Of a stretch of DNA of 64,000 nucleotides, positions 53,531-64,000 are shown piece after piece. The position numbers were made by a program, and so were the translations under genes. This stretch comes from Eledone cirrhosa. Taxonomy: Eukaryota. Under the pieces are notes generated by a model. It was not told the DNA's origin, searched no databases, and was given only the letters and a program-made list of their open reading frames with translations. Numbering within the stretch: position 1 is the first letter of the stretch; every line of letters begins with the position of its first letter. The stretch spans positions 125,984,001 through 126,048,000 of the forward strand of contig OZ024740.1 of assembly GCA_964016885.1 (NCBI GenBank), written 5' to 3'.

Positions 53531-56194
53531 TAAATCGGTTGAAAGGACTTGGCTGCTATTTATAGCTGTTGACCACTCTATTCACGCCAATGGGAGGACG
53601 CTAGCATGTTGTTAGTAGTTTTAGAATTGCAGCACGTGTGAAGGGTCACTCACAGGTTTGCATTTGATGCGTAAACACAGACTGTTATATCTTCCTCTTT
53701 GCTGATGATCTAAGATTTATGTAGGTGGACCCTCTTTATCTCCTGGCAACCAATATTTTTAGATCCAGTCCGTCACTGTCTTGGTTATACCGATATAAAT
53801 TTAACGTAGATTTAAACAGCTTAATGCACGGTTTAAGGTGCATAATATTAATTCTTTTAATTGTTTTTTTTAGGTTTTTTGATATTTGGTGGTGGAATAA
53901 TTACGGATAGGTCAAGAAAGGATATTTATATAAAAAGCTTCAAGAAAAATGGTGTGTCTTCTGGGTTTTTATTGGAACTGGTATAGAAACTAATTACTTT
54001 CGAGATGATGTCGTTGCCATAGCGATAAAAAAAAGGATGTCTGTGGGCCAGACTCTCAACCATGCTTAGAAAATTATTACTGTCTCACGTATTAGTGATT
54101 CCTTGTGAAGGATACAATACATTATTTTCAGTTTAACTTCCGAGAATTCTCAACCACTTAACATTTTTATTTATATTGTAATTACTTACTGAGCTATACA
54201 CACGACTATAAACGAATAGATTTTTAAATCAATGATTCGCTCTCCGTCTCCTACCTTGTCGTTTCTGCCACAAAATCTGGCTTCGCTGCCCGCAATGTGG
54301 AGGAGAGGAGGTATAGCAAAATACTAGGGCCCAACAAACTGCTTCTTCTTTGCACTGGCCTCTGTCTAAACCTCTATCATCCTTGGTTCTCGCACTGCTG
54401 GTTTCCTCCGTAAAGTCGGAAAGACGGTGGCCCCTTTGGGGAGGATGCACCGTGAGGTGGAGTGGTTGTTGCAGCGGGTGTCTCTAAATATCCTCCACGG
54501 TAATGCCTTTGCTATTCTCTCAGCAGTATGCGGCTGAGACAACACTCAAATTGACTTGTAGCGTTTTCCTCCTTCCTCTCCATTTCTTTGTAGCTTGATC
54601 CTTTTCTTCTTTTCATTTCCTTTTTCTTCTCTTTAATAATGTTTTGTTGAGGTTTATATAATATCAATGGTTTTTCATGACATTGTAAGGTTCATGACAT
54701 TGTATATTGAGTACCTTTGTTTTTCATTTCAATTATTTTATTTCTTTATAAAATTAGTCAACGGAGATAAGGCGCCACCCATAATCTAAGTAGGCTGAAA
54801 GGTAGAAATAAATACAACTCATGGGCTACTGTAATAGAAAGCAACGATTACTTATATTGAAACTGTTTACAACAAAGTGGACTCCACTAAATTAATGGAA
54901 GGAACAGGTAGTGCTGTTAAACCAGAGAGCGGAGGAAGTCTACCCGGACGTGAAGAATGCAGATTTGTGAATATACACATCATTATATCAGTTATAGATA
55001 GACAGTGAATTAAGATGTTGTTCTGTTCATGCCTCATTCAAAGTATTTCACATTAAAAATCATGCAACGTACTCCTAAAATAATTGGAATTATGGAGAGA
55101 ATTTCCACTCACTGAAAATATACTGTTCTATGGCACTTTACAATCCGTTGTTAAATTAGAAAAGTAAACTGTTTTGCTTAAATAGATGTCGAAAACCGAC
55201 AGAAAATACAAATGATAAATAACGATGGAGATTTCTAAAACTGATTGTGTCACTGGAAGTTTCTGGAAGTTTCTGGAAGTCCATTTGAATGTTCGATTTT
55301 ACTAACTCAAAACGTGGCGTCACACACATGTAAATAACTTCTAGTTCCTCTTCACACACCCCGCTCACTGCATACAGCTGGATATAATACATTACCCACA
55401 GCTAGGTGTTCGGTTCGAAAGTTTAATCAACCGTTTTTAGGTTTCAAGAAATTGAAGCAGTCGCATGCATAGGTTCACCGTGTGTTTATGTATGAGAGCC
55501 TGCGTGTATATTTTCGTTTGTGTGCGCGTGTTTATATGTATGCAGTCGTAATTGTGGTATTTTATGTTAGTGTCTGTGTATGAATGTAATTCCGTGTGTC
55601 GATCACGTGAAAGTATCTAACTACATCCAGATATTTGCATCTACGTGCCATCATACACGCACAGGATGCTACTTGCATTTGCATGTGTGTGTGTGCGCGC
55701 GCATGGATGTACTTGTGTCAGTGTGTTTGCACAAGTAGGTATATGTGTGAGCATGTGCGAAATCCTACACCTAGTTTTATGAACACTTGATTGTGTTTCA
55801 TGTATAAGTGCTTGTATATATATAAGTATTATTATATACATATATACAAACATGCATCCACACTTCCACACACACATATATGCATATGCTCACATACATT
55901 CACACTTACATATAAATATATTTATATGTATAACTATATATCTCTTTATATATGAGTGTATGTGTATGTATGCATGTGTTTGTTTTCGTGTGTATGTATG
56001 CTAATACCTCGAGACGCACAAATGTGCAGAGTTATGTGTGAGCATGTCTATGTATATATTCTATTTGATGGCCAGGGACTACATTCCACTATATATATAT
56101 ATATATATATAGATACACACACACAAACGTATATAGTTGTATATTAATGTATAATGCCCTTATGTATATATATATATATTTGTATATGTGTATG

Positions 56195-56261
<67 letters not shown>

Positions 56262-56354
56262 ATTTATATTTATATGTATATATGTATGTATATATACATG
56301 TGTATGTATATGTATTTATATATATGTATGTATATATGTATGTATGTATATGTG

Positions 56355-56428
<74 letters not shown>

Positions 56429-57917
56429 TATGTATATAACTATATGTATATGTATATATATATGTATGTATAAGCATACAGCAAGAGATGTAAATGATTT
56501 TACTGAAACACTGAAATCAAATAAAAGTACAATAAGTTTCCATAATTCAGTTTACTTGGTGAGAGGTAAATTGAAAAAGAAGCCTTAAAATGTTGTAATG
56601 CAGCTTTTAAATACAGTTTGCATTATCTGAATGAAATAGCGTACATGTGTCTTCTTGTCTTTAGTACGTATATATTGTGGAATTATTGAACGTGGAACGA
56701 ATGTATCAATGTGTTAGTGTGCGTGTGTGTATGGGCGTATGCCTATGTCTAATGATTGTTAACATTGGTACTCTTTTCACCAAGTATGGCCTAATATGGT
56801 ACAATGTTGGTTCACCAACACATGAATTTCATATTCGCTGCTTGCCTTTCGTAAATTTTCTTGTTAGAAAACATTCCTATTTCCTAATCGTTATATCCGT
56901 TGACAGCTGTGTATGGAACGCCATTATCATATTTTAATTGATATTTGTGAATGTTCATGATCGTTTTATTAGGGTAATTTTTTCCATGAAAGGCCAGATT
57001 TCCTGGAAATGATGATAACCCCGCCTTTTCGGGCACATGAGGAGGTACTTCAAATTTAAACACACGATGCTGGAACCGCTAGCATAAAACATCCTATCCG
57101 ATTTTTTAAACAGCATTCCACTAATTAACCGCCCCTCTATTGGTATCTGTCGACCCTGATCTGATGAAAGGCAAAGTTGAGTTGAAAATTTAAAGACTGT
57201 CAATTCATCAATTCATTACTTTCGCCAATTCGACAGCCTCCTCATACATTGCAACGCTTACCTAAACTGCAGAAAGAAATACCAGGGTGGTGAATATGTT
57301 TCAGTTCCATGGAGTACTGATTGGTTGGATAAGTTCCTCTTAAGTTCCTCAAACACATACTTAAAATATTATTGAGCATTATGTATTGTTGCTTTGGGAA
57401 AACAATATTGCTGTATACATAAGGATTAATTTCTTGGAATTTGGATTGACGTTGTTGTATCAAGTTCACAGTCATTGGGATTTTGTGACATTTTATAGTT
57501 GATTAATGCTCATAGAGGCTTTTGTGAATATGTTTCATAATTTGACATGTAAGCTGCACTTTGTGGATATTTAATCAAAATGTATTTGGATGTAACTAGA
57601 CGAATCAGATCTTTTTTCTCTAGCTATGAAATTGTAAAAAATCGATTGGTTCAGCATCTTGAAAGTTAACTACGCATGTAAGATAACTGAGATTTGTGAA
57701 ATTTAGGAATATGAGGAGGATAGCACAATCATGCGTTTCTAAAGTGTGTTAAGAGAGTTAGTACAAGTGACTTCCATTTGGAATTTAAACATTATTAGAT
57801 AAGTGCTCATACATCGAGTCATCTCACATTGTGTTTGATAAAACATATATATATACATAGATATTTAATTTACTTGCAGAGAGAAAGAGAGAGAGAGAGA
57901 AATAGATAGAGAGAGAT

Positions 57918-57952
<35 letters not shown>

Positions 57953-58630
57953 AGAGAGAGAGAGAGAGGGGAGAGAGAGAGAGAGAGAGAGTGGAGTGTT
58001 ACAAAAATCTTTAATTCGGAAGAGGATAAATTCTGTAGGTGAAGCGAAACATCTTTAACTGGGATAAGCAAAAGCAGTAGTTGAATTGATTCACCGAAAT
58101 GTTTCTGCTGCACGTCAATGTTATATCTAATATAGTAGAAATAGCTATAGTTTCCTAGTTGGAAATAATCATTTAATCGTAAGCAGTTACTCAGGTAGGT
58201 CAGGCGAACTGACGGTATTACTATTTTTTTAATTTGTTTCTTGTTTCATTAATTGTTTCTACTTTTGACACAAGGCCACCAATTACCTAGTGCATTACTG
58301 GTACTTTAGTTTATAGACCCCGTAAGGATCTTGTTTCATTAATCTTATGGTAAAATTGTTTCGCGTCAACCTTTTCGACTGAGTGATTTGCAGCAACAAA
58401 AATAATAAGTTTGTATGAATTTATAATAAAGAGGAATTATTCATTGATCTCATGTCGGTTTATACTTTAGTTTAGGTCCAATATTGAGGATGCTTCTCTA
58501 TTAAACTTTGAAATCGCCCAAAGGTTTGTGAGCTGGGCTTCATCACTTAAAAGAAAACAAAAAATTGGAAGCATTTAAGCCGGAAGTAAAATATTTTAAA
58601 AGCACAATTTTCATTCCTCCTCTCTTTCTC

Positions 58631-58783
<153 letters not shown>

Positions 58784-59899
58784 TTTGATTTCAGTCAACT
58801 ATTTCTGAGAATAGTGATTAAAAATTGGAGAGAAAAACTAAACGAATTAAAAAAGATTAAAAAGAAGTAAAATTAAAAAAGATAAAAAAAAGTGAACAAT
58901 ATGATCACAATATGATCGATTGTCCGTAAGGTTGTAACGAAAATTATCTTGTCACGCGGAGACAATTTAATGAAAAATGGTGTGCAGATACGATAGAAGG
59001 AATAAATGCAGCAATGTGTGTATGTTTGTGTTTATATACGTATGTATGCATGTATACGTGCGTGTTAGTGTATGTATGTATATATGTATGTTTGTATATA
59101 TACATGTATGTGTGTATGTACATATGTATGCATGTATATATATATGCATGCATTCATGTATACGTGTGTGTATATATATGCATTCATGTATACGTGTGTA
59201 TGTATATATGTATGAGTGTATTTGTGTTATATTCGTGTCGGCAAATACAAAATGAGTGTAAAGAAAGCAATATTGTAATAACAGAGCCAATCAAGTCTTT
59301 GATTGCTCAGATTAGAAAAAATGATAAACGTCTAAATTAAACCTTGCTCCTTGGGTGAATATAAAAGCAACAGAATTTCCGAATTTAAAATGATAAATTA
59401 AAAAGAATGTTTAAAATGGCATGTGTCTTCCTATTTCTTGTTGGTTCTTCTTTTTAAATTATTCCTTTTACAACGAAAAGTGATGAAATGTACTGAATAG
59501 GAAGGTTGAAAATGGAAATTTTCTTGAAAGGATAGTTGGTAATTGGTGAATTCATAGAAGTCTGTATTCCAATGAGAATTGTTAAGTTAGCATAAATTGA
59601 AGTAATACCCAAATAAGCCAAACAACGATCTTTAAAGCTCAAATAATATAAGCAAAAGACAAACTAGCAAACACATATGTTGTTGTTTAACCCAATAGCA
59701 TTACAGGTAGAATAGATCTATGACCAAGGGTATTCCAGTTGTATTTTATTCGGACATTGGTCATTTATGTCTACGATATCTAATTCCGTCCATTTTTAAG
59801 GTCATAGGGTGTAATGTAAGCGGGACTTGTTTTTTATATATTGAATAACTGAAGATAGTGGTCATAAACCTGATATTTTATTGATTAAATAATATCTCT

Positions 59900-60650
59900 A
59901 CGCGCTTTATCGAGTAAAGTTACTCAAAAACCCATTGAAGAACCCCATTTCGACCGCTTGAATCGTATTCTTTCGGTCATTACCCAAGATTCATGACCAT
60001 AGGTATGTGTTGGCACGAAGACCGAGTTAAAGATAGCGAGTTTGACCCTTACACGTATCTCTTTCTCTTGATGACCGAATTCTGAAGCTGGCACATTACT
60101 GCACCAAATCCTGCAATTCTTGCACTTAATTAAACCCCCTACCTCCCACCAGTTGTGAATATGGCCCCGATATTCTTGAACTTATCCACCTGCTTTAGTA
60201 GAACTCCACTCCCATGTTGAGTGTCCTCCCTTTGCAGGATTCCTAGATATGATGAACGTCTCAGTTTTTCCAGCTCTGATTTTCATTCCTGCCGCGTAGC
60301 ACGTGGCATCAGGCCTATCATGTGCATGTCGGAGATCAACATCTAACGAGTTAAGTATTACCATGTCGCCTGCCAATTCTAGACGACTAATCTTACACCC
60401 ACCAGTCTCGATACCACTTTCAATATGACTGGACATGTCAATCATTTCCATGAAGATAATAAACAGTAGCGGTGGCAGTACGCACACTTGGAGGAGTGCG
60501 ACACCCGCATTAAAGTGTTTTCACTTTGAAGCCTTTATCTGAACACAAATACTAGGGCATTTGTATAGAGACTTCAGGGCAAGAAAAAGCTGTCCATCGA
60601 TTCTTTATTCCTGCAGAACCTCCCTAAACAGGTCCCTTTGAACGCAGTCA
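59900..60650 (-). mobile_element. RTE-clade LINE RT fragment
   Basis: 'CVLPPLLFIIFME...ISRLELAGDMVIL...GMKI..KTE' and 'SVFVPTHTYGHESWVMTER'. Confidence 0.8.
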
Positions 60651-60947
60651 TATGCACACAAACACTCATTCAGGCACACACACACACACATACACACGTA
60701 TATGTATATATATATATGTATAGGGGCGTGTAATGTGTGTGTATATGTGTGTGCACGAGAGAGATGTAGTAGCCACTGGCTTTCTATCTATCAAACGTTT
60801 TAGAACACGTGTTTCATCCGATGAATTTTTCAACTCCCATATGGTTATAGTGTAGAAGATCCTTCGGGTGAAACATGTGTTCTCAACAATGGTTTGCTAA
60901 TTTGTTGTGGAACTCTATACCAAAAAATTTCAAGAATAAAGGATTTA

Positions 60948-61104
<157 letters not shown>

Positions 61105-61171
61105 ACTACCCTAAGTATTGAGTACTCTGGTACGTTACGGTCCATCTGCTTCCTTACCACACTTCCTTCGT

Positions 61172-61202
<31 letters not shown>

Positions 61203-63354
61203 CAAGAATAAAGGTGTGGAACTGAACCCAGGACCATGTGGTTGTGAAGCGAACTCTCTAACCGTAAATCTATATCTATGCCTATAAAATGTACAAATGT
61301 TATGAACATTTTAGTGAAAGATAATCTGAAAGCATAATCTACGAATTGGTCATCTGAAATATTGATCCACCGAGTCATTTTGTTGTTATTAGAACATATC
61401 GTCGCGTTGTAAATATGATAAATAATACTATGTTTATGTCACAGACATTAGTTTCAGAGATATATTGGGTGGTAATTCTAACAGGTCGAAGACCTCATAA
61501 ACAATTTGAGACAGAGAACTGGATACTTTTAATGGTGTTATTATCTCGAGAAACAGTTTGCCTATCGCTGTGAGATACGATAGTTTCTGTCTAGCAATAT
61601 CTACTTCCCAACGTTGCTCGAGAGAAATATACACTTCTGATGAACGGATATAATAAGACGGCTAGCAACAGGGATATTAAAATAATGGAATATTGTAATT
61701 AAGTTATTGCCCTGAAGTAAAGAAACAGACAGACAAACAAACACATAAACAAAAAACACTAACATTCGCTTGAATATTGGAATCTCGCAACACAATTTAC
61801 TATATACTATATAATATCATTGATATTATCTTCTTATTCAATGTGTTACTTCGCTACATTCACCACTTTTAATTATTCTTTATATGGTAGTTAAATTCAG
61901 CCCGGTAAACATTTTAAGAAAAGTTCTAGTACTACAGTGCGATGGGAATTATAACCATCTTCCATTTAGCTGAAAGAACAGTACCCGAATATTTAAGCTT
62001 ATAACAATTTTATCAATGTTCTCAACTGAACACCATGTGGTAAAAATTCATTCTCGTTACCCGTGTTAATTTGATTATATACTTTAAATAAGAAAGGAAG
62101 ATGTTAGTTAGACTAATGTAACCCATATAAAACCACATGAATATCAAGCTAATATTTCAATCTTCTTGAAATATCAGCTAAATGTTCCTCAAATTAGTAT
62201 TTACTATCTTATAACAAATACAATATTCGTAACTTGCTCAAGATGAAATTATGATTGCGATTACATTAGGTTGTTCATGAATAAGCTAGCTTCATCCTGA
62301 TCGATTTTGAACAGAAAAACGAGAATAGTAACTAAATGAATAGGGGAGTTTTCAGTGGTAGTTGAAGCTTTCTAATGGGACAAGTGGTCAAAATAATTTC
62401 CAGTTTTCTTTAAGAGAAACATTATATATTTTGAATCGGTTCTCTCTGCCAATATGAAAAGACCAAGGATTACTTCAAGGAACTCAACAGTATCTGCCAA
62501 TTTATTTCAAGTTTGATAGATTTACGTTTGATTCTAATAATAATACGGTGATATAAAATGGCGCCTGCTGTCCATCCATAAGTGACATGGTTAGTTATGC
62601 GCATTATTAAAAACTTGAACTTGGAGACGTCACTGTCATTTACAACAGTAGGCTGCATAATTCTTCAATGGAACATGAAAAGCTGAATTAATGAGATACG
62701 CTTGGAGATCTTCCAACAAAATCAAAATATACTAGATTCGGAAACATGTTCGGAAGTAGGTAAGACATATCCCATTATATTTCTATACTTTTTCTTCTGA
62801 AAACACGAACAGATATATAAATGTATAGCTATACATTCAGAGTGGATACGATTTTGAAATGAATATTAATGTAGCAATAGATAGTATTATAGAGAGATAT
62901 ATCTAAGCAACTACAATACAATATATAGAAATAGCGATATATTTTGATATATTGTAACGACTCCCGTTCACCTATATTAATAGTGTCCTTCAGTTACGCG
63001 CTAGCTAACATCCTACATTTCTGTCTGTCTATCAAGTTTGAGTCGACTTTTATAAGATAAAAAGTATATTTATGTGAGAGAAAATTGAAGTATCGTCTTT
63101 ATGTAGGCTAATTCACGTTTATGTAAAGTAGATATATATAACAAAAAGTGATGAGACAATTTATGAGTTAGTTGTGCTCAACGTAGTCCATGGAGTTGTT
63201 TAACATCTTGGTGATAAGGGGATGCATTACCCATTACCGAGTATGGTGCATAGGTTTCAAAGAGTATTCCACGGAGTAATATAATATAAACAGAGACACT
63301 ATTGTATAATAAATGTTTCTTCGAACCAAAACAATTATTGCCTAGCTTTTAATG

Positions 63355-63945
<591 letters not shown>

Positions 63946-64000
63946 TCTGTACAACAATCTCATATGTATGTATTACTCCCTCTGATCACTATCCAACAAC

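Noticed and set aside
53667-53719. Plus-strand CTGATGA copy of the 53340 hammerhead
   Set aside because: Only the 5' half is present.
61400-62900. Possible DNA transposase relics (also 16620-17460, 24990-25720, 57250-57700)
   Set aside because: No motif I can assign with confidence without a profile search.

Overview
AT-rich, microsatellite-dense eukaryotic DNA with no recognisable host gene. Its tRNA-derived SINEs and (TA)n/(CA)n load resemble a coleoid cephalopod such as Octopus (inference). Penelope-like retroelements (PLEs; RT plus C-terminal GIY-YIG, CxCx5C linker, probably Naiad clade) sitting in (TA)n tracts dominate the window. There is one ~10.2 kb element with an open 789-aa ORF between 3.9-kb inverted arms, one full-length frameshifted copy, one 5'-truncated copy, and more than 10 short non-coding, often palindromic, terminal-repeat (pLTR) remnants. 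Reading these by eye shows two RNA systems. (1) About 20 type I hammerhead ribozyme (HHR) motifs, many with self-complementary loop III, non-canonical cores (U3-A8, U4A, U4C) or 36-116-nt domain II expansions. (2) A covarying bulged hairpin, RYTC-[stem]...[stem]-2-nt bulge-GARY, starting about 0-6 nt beyond the inverted-repeat boundary in the 3' tails of many unrelated PLE families; it is a candidate RT recognition/initiation element. Also present: an internally deleted Gypsy element with a tRNA-Trp PBS and a captured tRNA half, L1/Tx1, RTE and HERO-like LINE relics, a mariner MITE and many SINEs. All pairings were derived manually; no folding program or database search was run.
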